Assembly: GCF_051903065.1 (NCBI RefSeq)
Contig: NZ_CP178438.1
DNA length: 64,000 bases
Origin: Escherichia coli
Lineage (GTDB): Bacteria; Pseudomonadota; Gammaproteobacteria; Enterobacterales; Enterobacteriaceae
Strand: one strand, 5' to 3'
Position numbers and translations under genes: made by a program
Shown: piece after piece, positions 45,935-56,305 of the stretch
Layout: each line of letters starts with the position of its first letter
Position numbering within the stretch: position 1 is the stretch's first letter
The notes under the pieces: generated by a model
Told to the model about the DNA's origin: nothing
Databases searched by the model: none
The model's input: only the letters and a program-made list of their open reading frames with translations

Positions 45935-47545
45935 CTATTTAATTCCCTCATCATTGATAAGGTTGGACATCTCTTTCAACATGAGAGTCATTGAAGCTTT
46001 CGACCAATTTAGCGGAATGATAGGGCTTGGCGCTTCATGCAAAGTTCCCGACTTGTGGATATAGTTATAGCTTTCGGGAAGTGCCATTTCTGGTACGCTC
46101 CTGCCATTTGCACCAATCATATTCTCGCCTGTTATTTGGGCCAATGATCTATTCATAAATTGCACTGAGTCATTCAAATACTCTTCTTTTCTTGATTCTT
46201 TATAAACAATTGCTGCTGATTTTGCATACCATGAGTCAAAAAACCATTCTGCTTCTGTTGATGGAATGAAGCTCTTTTCTCTTTTTGCATGCGAATTTTG
46301 ATCGGTATCAGTTTTAATATCATTGAACCAAAAATTTGCCGACTGATAATTATCCTTCTCGTATCTTTTTATACCATACGGACCTGCTAGTTTTTTAACT
46401 ATTTTTAGAACTTGCTCTTTTCTTCTGGTGTTTATCTTTGAAAGATTTGCAGGATAAATAACATTAAGTAAAGCCGCATCGCCTTCTCTGTAATGTTTAT
46501 CTTTTTCCAGATAACCTGGGGATTCTCCCCCTAAATCAAGCTGTAACGTTATTCTTTCATAACCTTTATCTATGAGGTGGTTCAACCTCGTTGTTGAAAG
46601 AGTTTCATCCAGTTCATTGACTTTAGCTTCGCGTAGTAAATCAGAGACAAAAACAGAGTCTTTCTTCGAGAGTAGGTTTGACAAACGTTCCAGTCCAGAG
46701 GTCACCAGTGCAACGGAAGATGTGTTTAATCGGGCATCTTCCTCCCACGCTCCGGAATCTTCCATAACATAGAAATTGGCTTTATCCAGATAAGCAATCA
46801 GCAGCGCAACCGATTTTAGTCGGTCACCTTTTTGCCAATCTTCAGCGTTAATAGTACCAGTATTGATTGCTTGTATAAGGAGATCAAGATAAAGACCTAA
46901 CGCATCATTTTGTTTATGGTTCCACAGCTGCGGCTTGCCTTCTTCCTGCACATCTGCCATCACGGGGGAGTTGCTGTCAAATCGGATATGCACAGCATTC
47001 ATTTGCCCGGGAATACCATCCAGTCGTTTTGGGTTGCTAATGATGTCCTGCATCCGCTTAATCTGGTCGGGCGTAGACATATAATCCCACAGGGTGAGCA
47101 GAACCTTTTTTGCGGCTACACTATTTCCCTGGTCTGATACTAATGCCATATAGCCCCATAAACTATCCCTCAGCCAGACAGCATCATAGTGGGTTTCTGC
47201 CGCTGTTTTGTCATCTTCGAAAGTAGAAGCAAGAATAAACGTTCCCCAGGGTTTCTCCGTCAACGTTAACTTTCGTGTGTTTTCTGTTAATGTTAGCAAT
47301 CCTTGAATTTCGTCTTTGGTATAGTGGCTCTTTATTTCATTTTGTAATTTGGCTGAGTGAATCAGAAGACGATAATTAGGATACTTATCTGGATTTAACG
47401 ATAAATAACTTTTATCTGTTGCTGCCCCCGTGGAATTAAGAATGTTAAATACAGATTCACTCGTCACTTCTGCCCCTGTCGCCTGGCATGTGCCGCACGA
47501 AAATATACCAGCGAGCAGAAGAGTTAATGCAGATTTCCCTTTCAT
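45935..47545 (-). CDS. Putative exported glycoside hydrolase family 15-like protein (YgeQ-like), apparently intact
   Basis: About 536-aa ORF from MKGKSALTLLLAGIFSCGTCQA (signal or lipoprotein-like); contains AVWLRDSLWGY, reminiscent of the glucoamylase-type fold. Family assignment is from memory, not a search. Confidence 0.5.
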   Translation of the reverse strand: MKGKSALTLLLAGIFSCGTCQATGAEVTSESVFNILNSTGAATDKSYLSLNPDKYPNYRLLIHSAKLQNEIKSHYTKDEIQGLLTLTENTRKLTLTEKPWGTFILASTFEDDKTAAETHYDAVWLRDSLWGYMALVSDQGNSVAAKKVLLTLWDYMSTPDQIKRMQDIISNPKRLDGIPGQMNAVHIRFDSNSPVMADVQEEGKPQLWNHKQNDALGLYLDLLIQAINTGTINAEDWQKGDRLKSVALLIAYLDKANFYVMEDSGAWEEDARLNTSSVALVTSGLERLSNLLSKKDSVFVSDLLREAKVNELDETLSTTRLNHLIDKGYERITLQLDLGGESPGYLEKDKHYREGDAALLNVIYPANLSKINTRRKEQVLKIVKKLAGPYGIKRYEKDNYQSANFWFNDIKTDTDQNSHAKREKSFIPSTEAEWFFDSWYAKSAAIVYKESRKEEYLNDSVQFMNRSLAQITGENMIGANGRSVPEMALPESYNYIHKSGTLHEAPSPIIPLNWSKASMTLMLKEMSNLINDEGIK

Positions 47546-47778
47546 AAAATATTCCATCAATCGTTTGTTAAAAGCGTAGATAACCACTTATTTAACAACT
47601 TGAAAATAAGGTATTTTACCTGGGTTGTTATAAAAGGATTGCATTGCGTAAACGCTTTTTATTTACAAAAAAATGGGGAAGTGTTACGGCGATTGCGAAA
47701 AGTCTGAAGCGATTGAATTAAGATAATATAGAAAATCAGATACAACAAAAATGGCAGGTTGATGAGGTGAAGATAAAT

Positions 47779-47852
47779 TGGAGCGGGCGAAGGGAATCGA
47801 ACCCTCGTATAGAGCTTGGGAAGCTCTCGTTCTACCATTGAACTACGCCCGC
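47779..47852 (-). tRNA. glyU: tRNA-Gly (anticodon CCC)
   Basis: Reverse complement reads GCGGGCGTAGTTCAATGGTAGAACGAGAGCTTCCCAAGCTCTATACGAGGGTTCGATTCCCTTCGCCCGCTCCA; cloverleaf with CCA end. Confidence 0.95.
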
Positions 47853-47931
47853 TTCGAGATGCGTAAGGCATTATAAACCTTACGCTCTCCTTAGCAAGTG
47901 CCGCGCTGCTGACTGCTGATTAATTCGCCAT

Positions 47932-48686
47932 CAGCATTTTGGCTTGCTGCCCTGCGGCGGCAAGTAACGTAGCGGATCAATTGCCGTTGCACGGTAACGA
48001 ATCTGGAAATGCAGGCGAACAGATGCCGCATCCGTGCTCCCCATGGTGGCGATTTTTTACCCAGCCTTCACGCTTTGCCCATTATTTACCAGCATCGTGT
48101 CATTATGGGCGTAAGCCGTAATGTAATCTTCACTGTGTTTAATCATGATGAGATTACCGTAGCCACGCAGCTGGTTGCCCACATACACCACCTTTCCTGC
48201 ACCCGCGGCGTAAATAGGTGTACCCCGTGGAGCTGAGATATCAATCCCTTTATTGCCGCCATCTGCTGTCGAATACGGCATGATAACTTTCCCTGTCGTT
48301 GGCCATAACCAACAACGTTGCCCTACTGGCGGCCAGGAAGATTTCGGTACCGCTGATGACGGTGTAACCGATGCGGTTTTGGTCGTTGATTTGGCGGTTG
48401 ATTTACGTGTACTACTGCTACTTTTCGCCCCACCCAGTTTTAGTTTCTGACCAACTTCAATGGTGTAAGGGGGGGAAATGCCGTTCAGTCGCGCCAGCTC
48501 TTTTACGCTGGTTCCCGTGGTGCGCGAAATACGATATACCGTATCCCCCCGTTTCACGGTGTAAACGGAGCCGGAATACGTTCCTGTATCGGATGATTTG
48601 CTACCCGAACAGCCCACCAAAAGCAGTCCAACCGATAACAACATCACGATACCCAGAGATTTTTTATTCAGGCGTCCCGCACTCAA
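47932..48686 (-). pseudogene. ygeR: LysM/M23-peptidase lipoprotein YgeR interrupted by an in-frame TAA
   Basis: Probable TTG start (AGGAAAG upstream) giving MSAGRLNKKSLGIVMLLSVGLLLVGCSG. Frame stops at 48057-48059 after ...NNGQSVKAG. The next 34 in-frame codons encode [41 protein letters not shown], the conserved M23 C-terminus. Confidence 0.75.
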
Positions 48687-49140
48687 AATCTTTCCTCGCT
48701 TAAAAAACAAGACGCCATATCATAGCAGCCAGCCTCTTGATACCCAATCTCTTGCTTCTGGAAAAACGCGGTAATAGAGAAAGAGGTTAATTTCATTTGG
48801 CAAAGGGAAGTATCATCAGCAAAATATTCACTGTAGAGGTATCGAATTTCCTGACTTTTTTACCCTATTTCCCATCCTGATGCGTAATAATCCCAATTTA
48901 TCACATTGATTTTATCGCCACTCATATTGATACGTATCACTGCCCCTATTCAGAGTCCTGTTTCGTATCATATCTGTGTTTTTTTAACGTCATCACACTT
49001 CCTTCCTCCCCTAACGCTTATCGTCGTTTCTGGCGTAAATCTTGCCTGCTTAGACTAAATCTTTGCCATAAGAACCAAATGTTCAAATCGAGGGGATTTC
49101 TATGGAAGCGCGGGAAGCAACCGCTACGGGTGAATCATGC

Positions 49141-51399
49141 ATGCGCGTTGATGCCATTGCTAAGGTCACCGGGCGGGCACGATATACTGACGATTATGTT
49201 ATGGCGGGCATGTGTTATGCGAAATATGTACGTAGCCCTATCGCACATGGTTATGCCGTAAGTATTAATGATGAACAAGCCAGAAGTTTACCAGGCGTAC
49301 TGGCGATTTTTACCTGGGAAGATGTGCCTGATATCCCATTCGCTACAGCTGGGCATGCATGGACACTTGACGAAAACAAGCGCGATACCGCCGATCGCGC
49401 ACTGCTAACTCGCCATGTTCGTCATCATGGTGACGCCGTTGCCATCGTCGTGGCCCGCGATGAACTCACGGCAGAAAAAGCGGCGCAATTGGTCAGCATT
49501 GAGTGGCAAGAATTACCCGTTATCACCACGCCAGAAGCGGCGCTGGCAGAGGACGCTGCACCAATCCATAACGGCGGCAATTTACTGAAACAAAGCACGA
49601 TGTCGACGGGCAATGTCCAACAAACAATCGATGCCGCCGACTACCAGGTACAGGGGCACTATCAGACTCCCGTTATTCAACATTGTCACATGGAAAGCGT
49701 AACATCGCTGGCGTGGATGGAGGATGACTCGCGAATTACCATCGTTTCCAGCACCCAGATCCCGCACATTGTTCGCCGCGTGGTTGGTCAGGCGCTGGAT
49801 ATTCCCTGGTCATGCGTACGAGTCATCAAACCATTTGTCGGTGGCGGTTTTGGTAATAAACAGGATGTACTGGAAGAGCCAATGGCGGCATTCCTGACCA
49901 GCAAGCTTGGCGGCATTCCGGTGAAAGTTTCCCTTAGCCGTGAAGAGTGTTTCCTCGCAACCCGTACCCGCCACGCTTTTACTATTGACGGGCAAATGGG
50001 CGTGAGCCGCGACGGAACATTGAAAGGTTATAGTCTGGATGTTCTGTCTAACACCGGCGCTTATGCATCTCACGGGCACTCCATCGCTTCTGCGGGGGGG
50101 AATAAAGTCGCTTACCTTTATCCTCGTTGTGCCTACGCTTACAGTTCAAAGACCTGCTATACCAACCTCCCCTCGGCTGGTGCGATGCGTGGTTATGGCG
50201 CGCCACAAGTCGTATTTGCCGTTGAGTCTATGCTTGATGACGCCGCGACAGCGTTAGGTATTGATCCTGTTGAAATTCGTTTACGCAACGCCGCCCGCGA
50301 AGGAGATGCTAATCCGCTCACGGGCAAACGTATTTACAGCGCAGGGTTGCCGGAGTGTCTTGAAAAAGGCCGGAAAATCTTTGAATGGGAAAAACGCCGT
50401 GCAGAATGCCAGAACCAGCAAGGCAATTTACGCCGCGGCGTTGGCGTCGCCTGTTTTAGCTACACCTCTAATACCTGGCCTGTCGGCGTAGAAATAGCAG
50501 GCGCGCGCCTTCTGATGAATCAGGATGGAACCATCAACGTGCAAAGCGGCGCGACGGAAATCGGTCAGGGTGCCGACACCGTCTTCTCGCAAATGGTGGC
50601 AGAAACCGTGGGGGTTCCGGTCAGCGACGTTCGCGTTATTTCAACACAAGATACCGACGTTACGCCGTTCGATCCCGGCGCATTTGCCTCACGCCAGAGC
50701 TATGTTGCCGCGCCTGCGCTGCGCAGTGCGGCACTGTTATTAAAAGAGAAAATCATCGCTCACGCCGCAGTCATGCTACATCAGTCAGCGATGAATCTGA
50801 CCCTGATAAAAGGCCATATCGTGCTGGTTGAACGACCGGAAGAGCCGTTAATGTCGTTAAAAGATTTGGCGATGGACGCTTTCTACCACCCTGAACGCGG
50901 CGGGCAGCTCTCTGCTGAAAGCTCCATCAAAACCACCACTAACCCACCGGCGTTCGGCTGTACCTTTGTTGATCTGACGGTCGATATTGCGCTGTGCAAA
51001 GTCACCATCAACCGCATCCTCAACGTTCATGATTCGGGGCATATTCTAAATCCGCTGCTGGCAGAAGGTCAGGTACACGGCGGAATGGGAATGGGCATTG
51101 GCTGGGCGCTATTTGAAGAGATGATCATCGATGCGAAAAGCGGCGTGGTCCGTAACCCCAATCTGCTGGATTACAAAATGCCGACCATGCCGGATCTGCC
51201 ACAACTGGAAAGCGCGTTCGTCGAAATCAATGAGCCGCAATCCGCATACGGACATAAGTCACTGGGTGAGCCACCAATAATTCCTGTTGCCGCAGCTATT
51301 CGTAACGCGGTGAAGATGGCTACCGGTGTTGCAATCAATACACTGCCGCTGACGCCAAAACGGTTATATGAAGAGTTCCATCTGGCAGGATTGATTTGA
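49141..51399 (+). CDS. xdhA: Xanthine dehydrogenase molybdopterin-binding subunit
   Basis: Start MRVDAIAKVTGRARYTDDY gives 752 aa; listed ORF starts 13 codons earlier. Confidence 0.9.
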   Translation: MRVDAIAKVTGRARYTDDYVMAGMCYAKYVRSPIAHGYAVSINDEQARSLPGVLAIFTWEDVPDIPFATAGHAWTLDENKRDTADRALLTRHVRHHGDAVAIVVARDELTAEKAAQLVSIEWQELPVITTPEAALAEDAAPIHNGGNLLKQSTMSTGNVQQTIDAADYQVQGHYQTPVIQHCHMESVTSLAWMEDDSRITIVSSTQIPHIVRRVVGQALDIPWSCVRVIKPFVGGGFGNKQDVLEEPMAAFLTSKLGGIPVKVSLSREECFLATRTRHAFTIDGQMGVSRDGTLKGYSLDVLSNTGAYASHGHSIASAGGNKVAYLYPRCAYAYSSKTCYTNLPSAGAMRGYGAPQVVFAVESMLDDAATALGIDPVEIRLRNAAREGDANPLTGKRIYSAGLPECLEKGRKIFEWEKRRAECQNQQGNLRRGVGVACFSYTSNTWPVGVEIAGARLLMNQDGTINVQSGATEIGQGADTVFSQMVAETVGVPVSDVRVISTQDTDVTPFDPGAFASRQSYVAAPALRSAALLLKEKIIAHAAVMLHQSAMNLTLIKGHIVLVERPEEPLMSLKDLAMDAFYHPERGGQLSAESSIKTTTNPPAFGCTFVDLTVDIALCKVTINRILNVHDSGHILNPLLAEGQVHGGMGMGIGWALFEEMIIDAKSGVVRNPNLLDYKMPTMPDLPQLESAFVEINEPQSAYGHKSLGEPPIIPVAAAIRNAVKMATGVAINTLPLTPKRLYEEFHLAGLI

Positions 51400-51409
51400 G
51401 GATAACATC

Positions 51410-52288
51410 ATGTTTGATTTTGCTTCTTACCATCGCGCAGCAACCCTTGCCGATGCCATCAACCTGCTGGTTGACAACCCGCAGGCCAAACTGCTCGCCG
51501 GTGGCACTGACGTGCTGATTCAGCTCCACCATCACAATGACCGTTATCGCCATATTGTTGATATTCATAATCTGGCGGAGCTGCGGGGAATTACGCTGGC
51601 GGAAGATGGCTCACTACGTATCGGCTCTGCAACGACATTTACCCAGCTCATTGAAGATCCTGTAACTCAACGTCATCTCCCGGCGTTATGTGCTGCGGCC
51701 TCATCCATTGCCGGACCGCAGATCCGTAACGTCGCTACCTACGGTGGAAATATTTGCAACGGTGCCACCAGCGCAGATTCTGCCACGCCAACGCTAATTT
51801 ATGACGCAAAGCTGGAGATCCACTCCCCACGCGGTGTTCGTTTCGTCCCGATTAATGGCTTTCACACTGGGCCAGGCAAAGTGTCTCTTGAGCATGACGA
51901 AATCCTTGTCGCCTTTCATTTTCCGCCCCAGCCGAAAGAACACGTGGGCAGCGCGCATTTTAAATATGCCATGCGCGACGCAATGGATATTTCAACGATT
52001 GGCTGTGCCGCACATTGCCGACTGGATAACGGCAATTTCAGCGAATTACGCCTGGCATTTGGTGTTGCCGCGCCAACGCCGATTCGCTGCCAACATGCCG
52101 AACAGACTGCACAAAATGCGCCATTAAACCTGCAAACGCTGGAAGCTATCAGCGAATCTGTCCTGCAAGATGTCGCCCCGCGTTCTTCATGGCGGGCCAG
52201 TAAAGAGTTTCGTCTGCATCTCATCCAGACGATGACCAAAAAAGTGATTAGCGAAGCCGTCGCCGCGGCGGGGGGAAAATTGCAATGA
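51410..52288 (+). CDS. xdhB: Xanthine dehydrogenase FAD-binding subunit
   Basis: 292-aa [23 protein letters not shown]. Confidence 0.9.
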
Positions 52289-52764
52289 ATCACAGCGAAA
52301 CAATTACCATCGAATGCACCATTAACGGGATGCCTTTTCAGCTTCATGCCGCACCAGGCACGCCGCTCTCGGAATTACTCCGCGAACAAGGACTGCTAAG
52401 TGTCAAACAAGGGTGCTGCGTGGGTGAATGTGGTGCCTGTACGGTGCTGGTCGACGGCACAGCAATAGACAGTTGCTTATACCTTGCCGCCTGGGCTGAA
52501 GGAAAAGAGATCCGCACGCTTGAAGGTGAAGCGAAAGGCGGAAAACTTTCTCATGTTCAGCAGGCTTATGCGAAATCCGGCGCAGTGCAGTGCGGGTTTT
52601 GTACGCCTGGCCTGATTATGGCTACCACGGCAATGCTGGCGAAACCACGCGAGAAGCCATTAACCATTACGGAAATTCGTCGCGGACTGGCGGGAAATCT
52701 TTGTCGCTGCACGGGGTATCAGATGATTGTAAATACAGTTCTGGATTGCGAGAAAACGAAGTAA
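52285..52764 (+). CDS. xdhC: Xanthine dehydrogenase Fe-S subunit
   Basis: 159-aa ORF with 2Fe-2S cysteine motifs ([24 protein letters not shown]); 4-nt overlap with xdhB. Confidence 0.9.
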
Positions 52765-52770
52765 AAGGAT

Positions 52771-52794
52771 ATCCGGCCTGAATTCAGGCCGGAT
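52771..52794. terminator. Bidirectional hairpin terminator between convergent xdhC and ygeV
   Basis: Palindrome atccggcctgaattcaggccggat. Confidence 0.55.
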
Positions 52795-52803
52795 TCACTG
52801 AGG

Positions 52804-54582
52804 TTATGTGTTTAACAACTCATATTTCTTAATCTTGCGATAGAGCGTAGCAATGCCGATGCCCAGTTCATCAGCAACTTGCTTCTTGCTGTTATGACGT
52901 GAAAGCGCCTCGCGGATCATTTGCTTTTCCATCTCCTCCAGCGCCGTGCCGCCCGCATCATCGAGTGACAGGTGTGCCTCAGTGACCTCTGTTACATCAC
53001 TTTGCTCCGTTGTGCCATTATTCAGCAGATTTGGCGGCAATAGCGTGCTGTCGATAACTTCACCTGAAGGAACAACGTTAACCAGATATTCCATCAAATT
53101 GCTTAACTCGCGCAGGTTTCCGGGCCAACGATGCTTACGCAATATTTCGACGACATCGGGAGCAATGCCAGGATAAACCGATCCCAGACGACGGGTATGC
53201 AGATGTAAAAAGTAATGCACCAGTAGTTCAATATCTTCCTGACGTTCACGCAGCGGTGGCAGAGTTATCGGGATAACATTAAGTCGGTAGAAGAGATCTT
53301 CGCGGAATTTACCTTCGGCAATGAACTGGGCCAAATTCTGGTTAGTTGCAGAAATGATGCGAATGTCGACTTGTATTGGGCTACTGGCACCAATCGGCAG
53401 AATTTCACGTGCCTCAATAGCGCGCAGTAATTTAGCCTGCAACATTAATGGCATATCACCTATTTCATCGAGAAACAGCGTGCCCGTATTCGCCGCCTGA
53501 ATCAACCCTGTTTTACCGTTGGCAGAAGCGCCAGTAAATGCGCCTTTAACATAACCGAACAGTTCGCTCTCCAGAAGCTGCTCCGGAATCGCGGCACAGT
53601 TGATAGCAATAAAGGGTTTATTCCGTCTTCCGCTCAACTTATGGATTGCACGGGCGACAACTTCTTTACCCGTGCCGCTTTCACCAACCACCATAACGCT
53701 GGATGGGCTGGGTGCAATACGGCTAATGAGTCGTTTTAATTGCCGCATAACACGGCACTCGCCAACCAATTGTTCAATATGCGGTTCATCAGGTGCATTT
53801 GCTACAGAAAAACTGGTATGCGATTGGTGAAACGCCATTAAAAATAATTGTCGGCCCTGAATGTTATGCAATTGACCAATGATTAATTCACTTTTATCGT
53901 CCCACGAAACAATATGCTGCATATGTCCATGGGTAAAATTACTCTCAAATGTTAATGGTCTGAAACGGATAGGTTTCCCAATAATATTATTTTGCACAAC
54001 ACCAAGTGTTTTTAAGGCAGTCTGATTAACAAACTGAACCCGATTTTCGTCATCTACAACTAATACGCCCTGATCCATATTATCGATCATGGTCGCGAAT
54101 ATTTTACTGATGTTATCTCCTGGCCCCTGATCCTCCAGAAGTTTCGAAACAAAAATGGTGGATATATGACGAACATAATCAGAAAATTCGCGTAAATTAT
54201 CACTGATATGCTCTTGTTGCTCGTGGGTAACGGCAATCAAACTTATCACCCCAACACAACGATCCTGTAAAATGACAGGCGTACCCAGAAATGCTTTTTC
54301 GCGGCAATTTTCTTTACTATCGCAACCTTCGCAAAGGGGATCGAAGCGAGACTGTGTCACAACTTTTTCAGTTTTCGTTTCCAGGACGTGGCGGAGCAGG
54401 CGTGAGTTGCCGCTCAACTGGCGACCAAGAAACTTCCCATACGCGCCAGTTCCGGCGACGCGACACAAGTTTTCATCAACGATCTCAACCTCAAGCTGCA
54501 AAACGCTGGCAAGCATTCTGGCAAAACGCTGAATTGTCGGTTGAATTTGCATCAATACTGACTGCGTAGTAGCAAGCTCCAT
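52804..54582 (-). CDS. ygeV: Sigma-54-dependent transcriptional activator (bacterial enhancer-binding protein)
   Basis: 592-aa ORF with AAA+ sigma-54 interaction domain (Walker A GESGTGKE; GAFTGA motif) and C-terminal HTH. Confidence 0.9.
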   Translation of the reverse strand: MELATTQSVLMQIQPTIQRFARMLASVLQLEVEIVDENLCRVAGTGAYGKFLGRQLSGNSRLLRHVLETKTEKVVTQSRFDPLCEGCDSKENCREKAFLGTPVILQDRCVGVISLIAVTHEQQEHISDNLREFSDYVRHISTIFVSKLLEDQGPGDNISKIFATMIDNMDQGVLVVDDENRVQFVNQTALKTLGVVQNNIIGKPIRFRPLTFESNFTHGHMQHIVSWDDKSELIIGQLHNIQGRQLFLMAFHQSHTSFSVANAPDEPHIEQLVGECRVMRQLKRLISRIAPSPSSVMVVGESGTGKEVVARAIHKLSGRRNKPFIAINCAAIPEQLLESELFGYVKGAFTGASANGKTGLIQAANTGTLFLDEIGDMPLMLQAKLLRAIEAREILPIGASSPIQVDIRIISATNQNLAQFIAEGKFREDLFYRLNVIPITLPPLRERQEDIELLVHYFLHLHTRRLGSVYPGIAPDVVEILRKHRWPGNLRELSNLMEYLVNVVPSGEVIDSTLLPPNLLNNGTTEQSDVTEVTEAHLSLDDAGGTALEEMEKQMIREALSRHNSKKQVADELGIGIATLYRKIKKYELLNT

Positions 54583-54951
54583 AGCTTTACCTTCCAGACT
54601 TACTTAAAAGTCGATCATTGAAGACGTTGATGGTTCACAGATCATGATGATATTAACTCAGGCGAAATTGGCTTTGATAAAAACATAAGATTTTTATCAC
54701 TTTCTAATGAAATTATGGAAGAGATATCACATTTCTATATCAATATGAGAATTACGGCGGTGAGTTTATCAAACTGACGAGGGATAGCCTGCCCCTTTAT
54801 CTTATTTCTGATACTTAGCAGCAAATAAATAACGCAATAAAAAAAGCCAAACGTTTTCGTATTTTACAAACAACCGGAAGCTAGCATCAATTTGTGATCA
54901 ACCCCACACATTATCCGTCAAATTAGTCTTTTGCAGCCCCGTGGATAATTC

Positions 54952-54967
54952 TGGCACACTTATTGTT
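54952..54967 (+). promoter_or_regulatory. Candidate sigma-54 (-24/-12) promoter upstream of ygeW
   Basis: TGGCACACTTATTGTT resembles TGGCAC-N5-TTGC with GT in place of GC at -12, about 90 bp upstream of the ygeW start and divergent from ygeV. Confidence 0.3.
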
Positions 54968-55057
54968 AGTCCCAGGTATAGCTGTGAAAACACCAATCAC
55001 TTTGGCAAGTCACAGTGAAATAAACCACTTTGCCTGTCATTCCACTACCGGGACTTT

Positions 55058-56248
55058 ATGATGAAAACTGTTAATGAGCTGATTAAGGATATCAATTCGC
55101 TGACCTCTCACCTTCACGAGAAAGATTTTTTGTTAACGTGGGAACAGACGCCAGATGAACTGAAACAAGTACTGGACGTTGCCGCAGCATTAAAAGCACT
55201 GCGTGCTGAAAACATCTCAACCAAAGTCTTTAATAGTGGATTAGGTATTTCCGTATTCCGCGACAACTCCACCCGTACCCGCTTCTCTTATGCTTCCGCG
55301 CTTAACCTGCTCGGCCTTGCACAGCAAGATCTCGACGAAGGCAAATCACAAATCGCTCACGGCGAAACCGTGCGTGAAACCGCCAATATGATCTCCTTCT
55401 GCGCCGACGCTATTGGTATTCGCGACGATATGTATCTGGGCGCAGGCAACGCCTATATGCGTGAAGTTGGCGCTGCACTTGATGACGGTTACAAGCAGGG
55501 TGTGCTGCCGCAACGTCCGGCTTTAGTGAACCTGCAATGTGATATTGACCACCCGACTCAGTCAATGGCTGACCTGGCATGGTTACGTGAACACTTTGGT
55601 TCATTGGAAAACCTGAAAGGTAAAAAAATCGCCATGACCTGGGCCTACTCCCCAAGCTATGGCAAACCGCTCTCTGTACCACAAGGCATCATCGGTCTGA
55701 TGACTCGCTTCGGTATGGATGTCACCCTGGCCCATCCGGAAGGCTACGACCTGATCCCGGATGTCGTTGAAGTCGCTAAAAACAATGCTAAAGCCTCCGG
55801 CGGTAGCTTCCGTCAGGTCACCAGCATGGAAGAAGCCTTCAAAGACGCAGACATCGTTTATCCGAAGTCATGGGCACCTTACAAAGTGATGGAAGAGCGT
55901 ACTGAATTGCTGCGTGCGAACGATCACGAAGGCTTAAAAGCACTGGAAAAACAGTGTCTGGCACAGAACGCGCAACACAAAGACTGGCATTGTACTGAAG
56001 AGATGATGGAACTGACCCGTGATGGCGAAGCCCTGTACATGCACTGCCTGCCAGCTGATATCAGCGGTGTATCCTGTAAAGAAGGTGAAGTGACTGAAGG
56101 CGTATTCGAAAAATACCGTATCGCTACCTACAAAGAAGCCAGCTGGAAGCCTTATATCATCGCCGCGATGATCCTGTCCCGTAAATACGCCAAACCAGGT
56201 GCACTGCTCGAGCAACTGCTGAAAGAAGCGCAAGAACGCGTGAAATAA
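55058..56248 (+). CDS. ygeW: Carbamoyltransferase family protein (OTC/ATC-like)
   Basis: 396-aa ORF with carbamoyltransferase motifs (STRTR; HCLP). Confidence 0.85.
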   Translation: MMKTVNELIKDINSLTSHLHEKDFLLTWEQTPDELKQVLDVAAALKALRAENISTKVFNSGLGISVFRDNSTRTRFSYASALNLLGLAQQDLDEGKSQIAHGETVRETANMISFCADAIGIRDDMYLGAGNAYMREVGAALDDGYKQGVLPQRPALVNLQCDIDHPTQSMADLAWLREHFGSLENLKGKKIAMTWAYSPSYGKPLSVPQGIIGLMTRFGMDVTLAHPEGYDLIPDVVEVAKNNAKASGGSFRQVTSMEEAFKDADIVYPKSWAPYKVMEERTELLRANDHEGLKALEKQCLAQNAQHKDWHCTEEMMELTRDGEALYMHCLPADISGVSCKEGEVTEGVFEKYRIATYKEASWKPYIIAAMILSRKYAKPGALLEQLLKEAQERVK

Positions 56249-56252
56249 CCCC

Positions 56253-56285
56253 TCGGGCCGATCAGCTGGTCGGCCCTCTATTTCC
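56253..56285 (+). terminator. Hairpin downstream of ygeW (terminator or attenuator)
   Basis: gggccgatcagctggtcggccc followed by a T-rich tract. Confidence 0.45.
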
Positions 56286-56305
56286 AGAGGCCAAAAGGAT
56301 AGGAT

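Noticed and set aside
30806-47778. Searched the island for an integrase, a direct repeat of the tRNA-Gly 3' end, a CRISPR array or additional tRNA genes.
   Set aside because: None found by eye; the only mobile element is the IS903 copy, and no regularly spaced repeat-spacer structure is present anywhere in the window.
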